The translations under genes were made by a program, and so were the position numbers. 40,695 nucleotides of DNA from Acholeplasmatales bacterium (GTDB taxonomy: Bacteria > Bacillota_I > Bacilli_A > Acholeplasmatales > Anaeroplasmataceae), in assembly GCA_024695025.1 (NCBI GenBank), contig JAILIY010000178.1, positions 1-40,695 of the forward strand, written 5' to 3'. Shown piece by piece: positions 29,198 to 38,372 of the stretch; the first letter of the stretch is position 1; each line of letters opens with the position of its first letter. Under the pieces are notes generated by a model. The model was not told the origin of the DNA, made no database searches, and was given only the letters and a program-made list of their open reading frames with translations.

Positions 29198-30607
29198 ATG
29201 AGCGGATTTTTTGGGGTAACATCTAAAAGAGATTGTGTATTTGATTTATTCTTTGGTATAGATTATCATTCACATTTAGGTACAAGAAGAGGCGGTATCG
29301 CAGTATACAATAAGGATACTGGATATAACAGATCAATTCATAATATTGAAAATTCACCATTTAGAACTAAATTTGAATATGATATTTTATCAATGCATGG
29401 AAACAGTGGTATCGGTTGTATTTCTGATTATGAACCACAACCATTAATCGTAAAGAGCCATCATGGTACTTACGCTATTACAACTGTATCTAAAATAAAC
29501 AATGCAAAAGAATTAGAAGAAGAGTTATTCAATAATGGAAATTCACATTTCCTAGAAATGAGTGGCGGAGATATCAACCCTACTGAATTAGTAGCGGCAA
29601 TTATCAATCAAAAAGATAATTTAATTGATGGTATTAAGCACGCTTTAGATTCTGTTGATGGATCGCTTACTCTTGTTATATTAAATGAAAAAGGTATTTA
29701 TGTCGGAAGAGATAAATATGGTAGAACTCCATGCGTAATCGGTAAAAATGATGCCGGCTATTGTTGCGCATTCGAATCATTCTCATATTTAAATTTAGGA
29801 TATAAAGATTATAAAGAATTAGGACCTGGTGAAATATGTGTAATGAACGCAGATGGTGTTAAGACATTAGTAGCTCCAGGAAATAAGATGAGAATATGTA
29901 CATTCTTATGGGTATATTATGGTTATCCTTCATCTTCATATGAAGGCTTATCAGTTGAACTTATGAGATACAACTGTGGTAAATATATTGCCCAAAGAGA
30001 TAATGTTAAATGCGATTGTGTTGCAGGTGTTCCTGATTCAGGTACAGCCCATGCTGTAGGTTATTCAAATGAAAGTGGTATTCCATTCTCAAGACCATTC
30101 ATCAAATATACACCTACATGGCCAAGAAGCTTTATGCCTACAATTCAAGCTAAGCGTAATTTAATTGCTAAGATGAAATTAATTCCAGTACATGACTTAA
30201 TTCAAGGTAAGAGCTTACTTTTAATTGATGACTCAATTGTACGTGGTACACAACTAAGAGAAACAACTGAATTCTTATATGAATCAGGTGCAAAAGAAGT
30301 TCACATTAGAAGTGCATGTCCACCTCTAGTATATGGTTGTAAATATTTAAATTTCTCTCGTTCAACAAGTGAAATGGAATTAATTACAAGAAGAATGATT
30401 CAAAAATTAGAAGGCGATAATGTATCACCTGAAGTTTTAGCTGAATACGCAAACCCAGATAGTAAAAAATATGAACAAATGGTTGAAGAAATCAGAAAAG
30501 AATTAAATTTCACATCACTTAGATTCAATAGAATTGATGACTTAAAGAAGGCTTGTGAAATCGATCCTGATAAGCTTTGTACATATTGTTGGGACGGTAA
30601 AGAATAA
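29198..30607 (+). CDS. purF: Amidophosphoribosyltransferase-like protein lacking N-terminal Cys
   Basis: RDKYGRTP, GVPDSG, LLLIDDSIVRGTQ PRPP loop, and Fe-S-type Cys residues (ICTFLWVY, YGCKY, CTYCW). Confidence 0.88.
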   Translation: MSGFFGVTSKRDCVFDLFFGIDYHSHLGTRRGGIAVYNKDTGYNRSIHNIENSPFRTKFEYDILSMHGNSGIGCISDYEPQPLIVKSHHGTYAITTVSKINNAKELEEELFNNGNSHFLEMSGGDINPTELVAAIINQKDNLIDGIKHALDSVDGSLTLVILNEKGIYVGRDKYGRTPCVIGKNDAGYCCAFESFSYLNLGYKDYKELGPGEICVMNADGVKTLVAPGNKMRICTFLWVYYGYPSSSYEGLSVELMRYNCGKYIAQRDNVKCDCVAGVPDSGTAHAVGYSNESGIPFSRPFIKYTPTWPRSFMPTIQAKRNLIAKMKLIPVHDLIQGKSLLLIDDSIVRGTQLRETTEFLYESGAKEVHIRSACPPLVYGCKYLNFSRSTSEMELITRRMIQKLEGDNVSPEVLAEYANPDSKKYEQMVEEIRKELNFTSLRFNRIDDLKKACEIDPDKLCTYCWDGKE

Positions 30608-30616
30608 TAAATTATT

Positions 30617-30659
30617 AAAGACTATAAATGTTATATCATTTGTAGTCTTTTTGTTTTTT
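30617..30659 (+). terminator. Terminator after purF
   Basis: AAAGACTATAAATG-TTATAT-CATTTGTAGTCTTT followed by a T tract. Confidence 0.75.
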
Positions 30660-30739
30660 CATTTGTTTACTTTAAAGAATATATATTGTATAATTTTTTT
30701 GTATTTGTTATCGATTTTAAATAAGTTGAGGGAGAACTT

Positions 30740-31954
30740 ATGGGAAATATTTATACGAAAAAAATGCGTAAAACTCATACAATTTTAATACCAGAAATGA
30801 TGGAATATCACTTCGATTTAATATCTGGTGCTTTTATTAATGCTGGATACAAGATGGAAGTTTTAAATTATAAAAATCCAGACATCGAAGAGACGGGATT
30901 AAGATATTGTAATAACGATATTTGTTATCCTTGTATATTGATAGTAGGTCAGCTTATAAGTAGTCTTAACCATGGCATTTATGACCCAAATAAGATAGCA
31001 TTTTTGATTCCACAGACGGGTGGTGCGTGCAGGGCTGGCAATTATTATTTTTTGATTAAAAAAGCATTAAAAAGTGCTGGTTATGAAAATTTACCAGTCA
31101 TCTCCCTTAATATGAGTGGAAGTGAAAAACATCCAGGCTTTAAATTGTCACTAAAATTAGGCTTTAGCTTGATTTCAGCAGCTTTGTATGGAGATTTGTT
31201 ACAATCATTATATTTTTGTAAAAGAGCTAAAGAAAAAGAAGAAGGTAAAGCTTTAGAATTATATAATAAATGGAATAAGATATTATCTATAGATATCTCC
31301 AATAATAAATCAATAAAAAAACATGCATTTAAAAGACGAGTAAGAGAAGTTATAGATGATTTTAATAAAATCGAAACAAAAAATATTGACCTTCCAAAGG
31401 TTGGAATTGTAGGAGAAATATATATAAAATCATGTGAGCTTGGAAACAATAATTTAGAGGATTATTTAAAAAAGAACAATGCAGATTATTTTATGAGTGG
31501 CTTCACTTCATATTGTATGTATATTGCTGATACAACTGTTGATCAATTTTTTGACAAACATAAATTAAATCCATTTAGATTTATAAATAAATTTGTCGTT
31601 AAATGGTTAAACAAAAAACAAAAATTAATTTATAAACCACTTAAAGATAATGGATATGTATTCTTATCATATTTAGAATTAAAAAAATTTGCAGATGAAG
31701 TAATATCATTTAAATGTACTACAGCTGATGGCTGGTTGGTATCAGCTGAGGTAATGGGTCTAATAGAAGCAGGATATAACAAGATTATAGTTGCATCTCC
31801 ATTTGGATGCCTTGTAAGTCATGTATGCTCAAAAGGTATAATGAGAACTATTATGAAAAAATATCCAAATTCTTTGGTGTATTCTGTAGAATATGATTCA
31901 TCTTTATCTCCTGTAGGCAGAGAAAGTAGAATTCAGTTAATTTTACAAAGTTAA
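30740..31954 (+). CDS. 2-hydroxyacyl-CoA dehydratase-related protein (resembles the C-terminal module of CoA-activase fusion proteins)
   Basis: HTILIP, NNDICYP, QTGGACRAGNY, VGIVGEIY, PFGCL motifs. Confidence 0.7.
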   Translation: MGNIYTKKMRKTHTILIPEMMEYHFDLISGAFINAGYKMEVLNYKNPDIEETGLRYCNNDICYPCILIVGQLISSLNHGIYDPNKIAFLIPQTGGACRAGNYYFLIKKALKSAGYENLPVISLNMSGSEKHPGFKLSLKLGFSLISAALYGDLLQSLYFCKRAKEKEEGKALELYNKWNKILSIDISNNKSIKKHAFKRRVREVIDDFNKIETKNIDLPKVGIVGEIYIKSCELGNNNLEDYLKKNNADYFMSGFTSYCMYIADTTVDQFFDKHKLNPFRFINKFVVKWLNKKQKLIYKPLKDNGYVFLSYLELKKFADEVISFKCTTADGWLVSAEVMGLIEAGYNKIIVASPFGCLVSHVCSKGIMRTIMKKYPNSLVYSVEYDSSLSPVGRESRIQLILQS

Positions 31955-31969
31955 TTATATTTAACTAAC

Positions 31970-31998
31970 TTGTAAATGATAATAAATTGATATATAAT
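31970..31998 (+). promoter_or_regulatory. fba promoter
   Basis: TTGTAA (31970-31975), 17 bp spacer, TATAAT (31993-31998). Confidence 0.65.
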
Positions 31999-32034
31999 TA
32001 TATCAATAGGTTACTATTGAGGAGGAATTAAATT

Positions 32035-32907
32035 ATGCCATTAGTAAACGCAAAAGACATGATGCAAAAAGCGATGGAAGGTCATTACGCAGTTGGTGCC
32101 TTCAACATCAATAACTTAGAATGGACAAAAGCCATTTTACAAACTGCTCAAGAATTAAATTCACCAGTTATGTTAGGTGTATCTGAAGGTGCAAATAAAT
32201 ATATGACTGGTTTTAACGTAGTTGCAGATATGGTAAAGGCAATGATCAAATCAATGAACATTACTGTACCAGTAGCTCTACACTTAGACCATGGTACATA
32301 TGAAGGTGCTCAAAAGGCATTACTAGCTGGTTATTCATCAGTAATGTTTGATGGATCTCATTATGGTCTTGAAGAAAATCTAGAAAAAACTCGTGATATC
32401 GTAGCTAAGGCACACTTCTTAGGTGCAACTGTTGAAGCTGAAGTAGGTACTATCGGTGGAGAAGAAGACGGCGTTATCGGCCGTGGTGAAGTTGCAGATC
32501 CAGAAGAATGCTTAGTATTAAAGAATACTGGCATTGATATGCTTGCCGCAGGTATTGGTAATATCCATGGTAAATACCCTGCAAACTGGCAAGGATTAGA
32601 CTTTGATGCTTTAAAGGCTATCAAGGCTAAGGTTGGTGATATTCCACTAGTATTACATGGTGGTACAGGTATTCCTGAAGATATGATAAAAAAAGCTATT
32701 TCTTTAGGTGTTTGTAAAATCAACGTAAATACTGAATGTCAATTATATTTCCAAGAAGCTACAAGAAAATATATCGAAGCTGGTAAGGATTTAGAAGGTA
32801 AAGGTTTTGACCCTCGTAAATTATTGGCTCCTGGTTTTGAAGCTATTAAAGAAATCGTTAAGATTAAGATGGAAATGTTTGGTTCAGTTGGTAAAGCTAA
32901 TCAATAA
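32035..32907 (+). CDS. fba: Class II fructose-1,6-bisphosphate aldolase
   Basis: AFNINNLE, HLDHG, MFDGSH, GNIHG, VLHGGTG, KINVNT. Confidence 0.96.
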   Translation: MPLVNAKDMMQKAMEGHYAVGAFNINNLEWTKAILQTAQELNSPVMLGVSEGANKYMTGFNVVADMVKAMIKSMNITVPVALHLDHGTYEGAQKALLAGYSSVMFDGSHYGLEENLEKTRDIVAKAHFLGATVEAEVGTIGGEEDGVIGRGEVADPEECLVLKNTGIDMLAAGIGNIHGKYPANWQGLDFDALKAIKAKVGDIPLVLHGGTGIPEDMIKKAISLGVCKINVNTECQLYFQEATRKYIEAGKDLEGKGFDPRKLLAPGFEAIKEIVKIKMEMFGSVGKANQ

Positions 32908-32915
32908 TAAAATAA

Positions 32916-32940
32916 ATGGGGACGTTTAAGACGTCCCTAT
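32916..32940 (+). terminator. Hairpin after fba (weak terminator or mRNA stabiliser)
   Basis: ATGGGGACGT-TTAAG-ACGTCCCTAT; poor U-tract. Confidence 0.55.
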
Positions 32941-32982
32941 ATATTTCATAAAAAATAATTAAGAAAGAAGGAAAAAATAAAA

Positions 32983-33618
32983 ATGAGAATTGCATTAATT
33001 AACGAAAATTCACAAGCTACAAAGAATGACTTAATTTATAGTACATTACATTGTGTAGCAAAAAAATATGGTCATACAGTAGATAACTACGGTATGTTTA
33101 ACAGTGAGGATAAATCATTAACATATGTTCAAAATGGTTTACTGGCTGCTATTTTATTAAATAGTGGTGCTTGCGACTTTGTCGTAACTGGTTGTGGTAC
33201 AGGTGAAGGTGCTATGCTAGCACTTAATTCATTCCCTAATGTATTATGTGGTCACATCGTTGATCCAAGTGATGCATATATGTTCAATCAAATCAATGAT
33301 GGTAATGCTGTTGCCTTCCCATTCGCTAAAGGATTTGGCTGGGGTGCTGAATTAAATTTAGAATATTGTTTTGAAAAATTATTCAATGGTCCTAAGGGTC
33401 AAGGCTATCCAAAGGAAAGAGTAATTCCTGAACAAAGAAATAAGAAGATTTTAGATGGTATTAAAGAAATCACTCATACACCAATGATCGATATTTTAAA
33501 GAAGATTGATAAGGATTTCTTAATGGAAACTATCGATAGAGATTCATTTAAGGATTTATTCTTTAAAAATGCTAAGGATGGAGAAATCAAGACATATATT
33601 CAATCTTTATTAAAGTAA
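32983..33618 (+). CDS. RpiB/LacAB-family isomerase, DhuI-like
   Basis: MRIALINENSQA, LTYVQNGL, TGCGTG, PFAKGFGWGAELNL, GYPKER; matches the long RpiB subfamily that includes streptococcal DhuI, as recalled. Confidence 0.85.
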   Translation: MRIALINENSQATKNDLIYSTLHCVAKKYGHTVDNYGMFNSEDKSLTYVQNGLLAAILLNSGACDFVVTGCGTGEGAMLALNSFPNVLCGHIVDPSDAYMFNQINDGNAVAFPFAKGFGWGAELNLEYCFEKLFNGPKGQGYPKERVIPEQRNKKILDGIKEITHTPMIDILKKIDKDFLMETIDRDSFKDLFFKNAKDGEIKTYIQSLLK

Positions 33619-33662
33619 TGAATTATAGGGGATTTAATTGTCTTTTATAAGGAGAAAAATAT

Positions 33663-34454
33663 ATGGATGATTGGTTAATTGTTTTAATATGCTTGTTAGT
33701 GCCTTTTTTAGGTACAGCATTAGGTGCATTTTTAGTCTTCTTCATGAAAAAATCCCTAAATGTTAAAATAGAAAAAATTTTGATAGGCTTTGCCGCAGGA
33801 GTTATGATAGCTGCCTCTATTTGGTCATTACTTAACCCAGCAATAGAAGCATCCGACAACTATAAAAAATTAAATTGGCTTCCTGCGAGTATAGGCTTTT
33901 TATTAGGTATAATATTTCTATTGGTATTAGATAGTATTATTCCGCATTTACATGTCAATAGTGATACACCAGAAGGTATTAAAACTAGTAAAGTAAAAAA
34001 GACAACAATGTTAGTCTTTGCAGTTACATTACATAATATACCAGAAGGATTAGCTGTAGGGGTTGTTGTTGCAGGCTTTTTGTCTGGCAACGCTACGGTT
34101 ACAATGGGTGGTGCCTTATCTTTAGCGATAGGTATTGCAATACAAAATTTCCCAGAAGGATCAATTATATCTATGCCATTAAAGGCTGAAGGAATGTCAA
34201 AGAAAAAAGCATTTTTCTTGGGCGTTTTAAGTGGTGTGGTTGAACCGATTGCCGGCGCGATTGCCCTACTCATAACAGGTGTAATTGATTCAATATTACC
34301 ATTTGTTTTATCATTTGCCGCAGGTGCAATGATATATGTTGTAGTAGAAGAATTGATACCAGAATCCCAACAAGGAGAGCACTCAAATTGGGCTACTTTG
34401 TCACTTGCTATTGGCTTCGTTTTAATGATGATATTAGATATAGCATTAGGTTAA
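33663..34454 (+). CDS. ZIP-family (ZupT/GufA-like) metal transporter
   Basis: GFAAGVM, PHLH loop, LHNIPEG, IQNFPEG, AAGAMIYVVVEELIPE. Confidence 0.92.
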   Translation: MDDWLIVLICLLVPFLGTALGAFLVFFMKKSLNVKIEKILIGFAAGVMIAASIWSLLNPAIEASDNYKKLNWLPASIGFLLGIIFLLVLDSIIPHLHVNSDTPEGIKTSKVKKTTMLVFAVTLHNIPEGLAVGVVVAGFLSGNATVTMGGALSLAIGIAIQNFPEGSIISMPLKAEGMSKKKAFFLGVLSGVVEPIAGAIALLITGVIDSILPFVLSFAAGAMIYVVVEELIPESQQGEHSNWATLSLAIGFVLMMILDIALG

Positions 34455-34489
34455 ACAGATAAGTATTTTGCTTATTTGTTTTTCTTTTT
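34453..34489 (+). terminator. Terminator after the ZIP gene
   Basis: AAACAGATAAGT...GCTTATTTGTTT stem followed by a T tract. Confidence 0.65.
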
Positions 34490-34520
34490 GTAAAAAAAAT
34501 ATTCTTTTTTACGAAAATTA

Positions 34521-34549
34521 TTGATTTTCTTGATGTTTTAGAATAAAAT
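34521..34549 (+). promoter_or_regulatory. rpoBC promoter
   Basis: TTGATT (34521-34526), 17 bp spacer, TAAAAT (34544-34549); implies a leader of about 200 nt. Confidence 0.55.
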
Positions 34550-34757
34550 AATAAAATGCGTATAGTTGCCTTTTACGCGAAAAATTATTAATTTTTAAAT
34601 CCCTATAATTTATAATTATAGATAAAATATATTTGTGGTTATCCTTATATAGGTTGAGCGGCCTTTTAGTTATTCTATAGAGTCAAACGACAGCTCAAAA
34701 AATACATTTTAAAAAGAAAGGGAAACTGTAATTACAAAATTACAAAAGGTGCTTTTA

Positions 34758-37700
34758 ATGGAAAATCAAGAGTTCAATGGTAGTTTTAAGAATGTCAATT
34801 ACGGTAAGAAGAGTGTAAGACGTAACTATTCTAAAGTTCGTACTACAGTTGAATTACCAGGTCTAATTGAAATTCAAACTAAATCATTTCAAGAATTCGT
34901 AGATCAAGGTTTACATGAGGTATTCGAAGATGTATCTCCTATTTCTTCATTCAATGGTGATTTAAAGCTTTATTTTAAAGATTACCATTTTGAAGATGCA
35001 AAGTTCGATGTTGTCGAATCAAAGTTAAGAAAGATTAATTATTCTCGTCCTCTTAAAGTTAATGTAGAACTTGAAAATGCTCAAACAGGTAGTGTTATAT
35101 CACATGAATTATTCATCGGTGATATTCCATACATGACTGAAGTTGGTACATTCGTAATCAACGGAGCTGAACGTGTAGTTATTTCACAAATTATTCGTTC
35201 TTCAGGTGTATATTACGCAAAGGAAATCGATAAGAAAAGTGGTGACGTTAAGTTCACTGGTACAGTTATGCCAACACGTGGTTCTTGGATCGAGTATGAA
35301 GCTGGTTCAAGAGGAGAAGTTTGGTATGGTAAGCTTAACCGTAGTAAGAAAATCCCTCTTACAACTATTCTTAGAGCATTCGGTTTAAATACTAATGAAG
35401 AGATTATTAGCTTATTTGGCGATAATGAACATTTTAAGACAACATTTGATAAGGATAATACAACAAATTCAGAAGACGCTGCAATTGAAGTATATGCTAA
35501 GCTTCGTCAAGGAGAAAAAGTTCCTGTTGATGGTGCAAGAGAATTAATTTACGAAAGTTTATTTAACCCTCTAAAATATGATCTTCAAAAGGTAGGTCGT
35601 TATAAATATAATCAAAAGCTAGACGTATTATCAAGAGTTAAGGGCTTTGAACTTTCTAAAGACGTTGTAGCTAATAAGGATGTATTCGATTCTGAAACAG
35701 GTGAATTAATCTATTCAGAAGGCGAAATCATCGCTAAGGCTGGAGAATTCGTTGAAGGCGAAGTTTACGACCGTTTAAATAAGGCTCGTGAAGGTTTCCG
35801 CTATGAAATAGATTTCCATAAGGCTATTACTGATGAAAATCCTCAAAACGAAATTTTATATGTAAATGTATTACATGGTAATGATAAGACTGAAGTTAAG
35901 GTTATCGGTAACAACAACACAGCTACAGAATTATATTTAACTATGTCAGACGTAGTAGCATCTGTAAGTTATTTCATCAATTTATATGATGGTGTTGGTA
36001 AAATCGATGATATCGACCATTTAGGTAATAGACGTTTACGTTTAATTGGTGAATTATTAAAGAACCAATTCAGAATCGGTTTTTCTAAATTAAGAAAGAA
36101 CATTGAAGATAGAATGTCAACTGCTGAAATTGAAAAGGCTACACCACAAAACCTAATCAATATAAAGCCTTTAACATCATCTTTAAAAGAATTCTTTGGT
36201 TCAAGCCAATTATCACAATTCATGGATCAAATTAACCCACTTGCAGAAATTACTCAAAAGAGACGTATTTCAGCATTAGGTACTGGTGGTATCGCTCGTG
36301 ATAGAGCCGGCGTAGAAGTTCGTGACGTTCACAATTCTCACTATGGTAGAATGTGTCCTATCGAAACTCCAGAAGGTCCATCTATCGGTTTGATCACATC
36401 TTTAGCAACACACGCTAAGATTAATGAATATGGATTTATTGAAACACCATATTTCGTAGCTAAGGTTGACGAAAATGGTAAGAAATATATTTCTCAAGAT
36501 ATTGTATACTTATCTGCAACTGCTGAAGGCGGCAAGGTTATCGCTGGTGCCAACACAGTACTAGATAAGGATGGTCATATCGTTGAAGATAGAATCATCG
36601 GTCGTATTGATGGTGAAACTGAAATCTTTGATAAGGAACAAGTTGAATACATGGACGTATCTCCTCAACAAATCGTTTCAGTAGCTGCTGCCTGCGTTCC
36701 ATTCCTAGAACACGACGACGCAACACGTGCCCTAATGGGTGCCAACATGCAACGTCAAGCAGTACCTATCATCAACCCAGAAAGCCCAATCGTTGGTACT
36801 GGTATGGAATATAGAGCTGCAAAAGACTCTGGTTCTGCATTAATTGCCAAGATGGACGGTTTTGTTCAATACGTTGATGCTAAGAAGATTATCGTAAAAG
36901 AAGATACAGGTAATCTTAGAACTTATGAATTATATCAATATTTACGTTCTAACTCTGCAACAGCAATCATCCAAAAGCCAATTGTAAAACCAGGCGAAAG
37001 AATTGAAAAAGGCGATATAATCGCTGATGGTCAATCTATGAAAAATGGTGAATTAGCTCTTGGTAGAAATGTTCGTATCGCATTCATGACTTGGGAAGGC
37101 TACAACTTCGAGGATGCCGTAATCATGAGTGAAAAAATGGTATATGATGATGTTTACACATCTTTACATATTGATGAATTTGAAATTGAAGCTCGTGATA
37201 CAAAGCTAGGACCTGAAGAATTCTCTTATGAAATTCCAAACGTTTCAGAAGAACGTAAGAAGGATTTAGACGCTAATGGTATCATTAGAGTTGGTGCTGA
37301 AGTAAAAGAAGGCGATATCCTAGTTGGTAAGACAACTCCTAAGGGACAATCTGATCCTACTCCAGAAGAAAAATTATTACTTGCAATCTTCGGTGAAAAG
37401 AGCCGTGATGTACGTGATTCATCACTTCGTGTTCCACACGGAGGTGGAGGTATCGTTCAATCTGTTAAGCACTTCAAGAAGTCTAACGGTGATGATTTAG
37501 CTCCAGGCGTAAATGAAGTAGTTCGTATCTTCATTATCCAAAAGCGTAAGATTCAAGTTGGTGATAAGATGGCCGGTCGTCATGGTAACAAGGGTGTTAT
37601 TTCTAACATTTTACCACTTGAAGATATGCCATTCTCAGCTGATGGTCAACCAATTGATATCATGCTTAACCCTCAAGGTGTTCCATCTCGTATGAACATC

Positions 37701-38372
37701 GGTCAAGTACTTGAATTACATTTAGGTATGGCTGCAAAAAAATTAGGTATCAAGGTTGCAACTCCAGTATTCGATGGTGCTACAATCGAAGATATTCAAA
37801 ATATTATGAAGGAAGCTAACATGCCAGAAGATGGTAAGGTTACTTTATATGATGGTCGTTCAGGCGAACCATTTGAAAATAAGATTAATGTAGGTATTAT
37901 GTACTTCGTTAAGTTAAGCCACATGGTTGACGATAAGTTACATGCAAGAAATGTTGGTAAATATACACTTGTAACTCAACAACCAATGGGTGGTAAGGCT
38001 CAAAACGGTGGTCAACGTTTTGGTGAAATGGAAGTTTGGGCTTTACAAGCTTATGGTGCTGCACATACATTAAGAGAAATGTTAACTATTAAGTCAGATG
38101 ATTTAGTTGCACGTGATGGTACATTCAATGCTATCGTTGATGGCAAGAGAATTCCTGAATCATTAATTCCTGAATCATTCAGAGTATTAACTCGTGAACT
38201 TCAAGCATTAGGTATGCACGTAGAATTAATCAATGCTGATGGCGAAAATGAAGTAAATCGTTCAATCGTTGATCATAAGATTAGAGAAGTTGTTACAAAC
38301 AGAGTATCTTATAACGTAGATGATGAAGACGATAAGACATTATCATTGGAAGGAGACGATGCAAATGAGTAA
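34758..38372 (+). CDS. rpoB: RNA polymerase beta subunit
   Basis: [65 protein letters not shown] favours ATG 34758. Confidence 0.99.
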   Translation: MENQEFNGSFKNVNYGKKSVRRNYSKVRTTVELPGLIEIQTKSFQEFVDQGLHEVFEDVSPISSFNGDLKLYFKDYHFEDAKFDVVESKLRKINYSRPLKVNVELENAQTGSVISHELFIGDIPYMTEVGTFVINGAERVVISQIIRSSGVYYAKEIDKKSGDVKFTGTVMPTRGSWIEYEAGSRGEVWYGKLNRSKKIPLTTILRAFGLNTNEEIISLFGDNEHFKTTFDKDNTTNSEDAAIEVYAKLRQGEKVPVDGARELIYESLFNPLKYDLQKVGRYKYNQKLDVLSRVKGFELSKDVVANKDVFDSETGELIYSEGEIIAKAGEFVEGEVYDRLNKAREGFRYEIDFHKAITDENPQNEILYVNVLHGNDKTEVKVIGNNNTATELYLTMSDVVASVSYFINLYDGVGKIDDIDHLGNRRLRLIGELLKNQFRIGFSKLRKNIEDRMSTAEIEKATPQNLINIKPLTSSLKEFFGSSQLSQFMDQINPLAEITQKRRISALGTGGIARDRAGVEVRDVHNSHYGRMCPIETPEGPSIGLITSLATHAKINEYGFIETPYFVAKVDENGKKYISQDIVYLSATAEGGKVIAGANTVLDKDGHIVEDRIIGRIDGETEIFDKEQVEYMDVSPQQIVSVAAACVPFLEHDDATRALMGANMQRQAVPIINPESPIVGTGMEYRAAKDSGSALIAKMDGFVQYVDAKKIIVKEDTGNLRTYELYQYLRSNSATAIIQKPIVKPGERIEKGDIIADGQSMKNGELALGRNVRIAFMTWEGYNFEDAVIMSEKMVYDDVYTSLHIDEFEIEARDTKLGPEEFSYEIPNVSEERKKDLDANGIIRVGAEVKEGDILVGKTTPKGQSDPTPEEKLLLAIFGEKSRDVRDSSLRVPHGGGGIVQSVKHFKKSNGDDLAPGVNEVVRIFIIQKRKIQVGDKMAGRHGNKGVISNILPLEDMPFSADGQPIDIMLNPQGVPSRMNIGQVLELHLGMAAKKLGIKVATPVFDGATIEDIQNIMKEANMPEDGKVTLYDGRSGEPFENKINVGIMYFVKLSHMVDDKLHARNVGKYTLVTQQPMGGKAQNGGQRFGEMEVWALQAYGAAHTLREMLTIKSDDLVARDGTFNAIVDGKRIPESLIPESFRVLTRELQALGMHVELINADGENEVNRSIVDHKIREVVTNRVSYNVDDEDDKTLSLEGDDANE

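Noticed and set aside
30555-30788. 77-aa plus-strand ORF bridging purF and the next gene
   Set aside because: It runs through a strong terminator, overlaps both genes and has no RBS.
35206-35388. 60-aa out-of-frame ORF inside rpoB
   Set aside because: Internal alternative frame with no RBS or motif.
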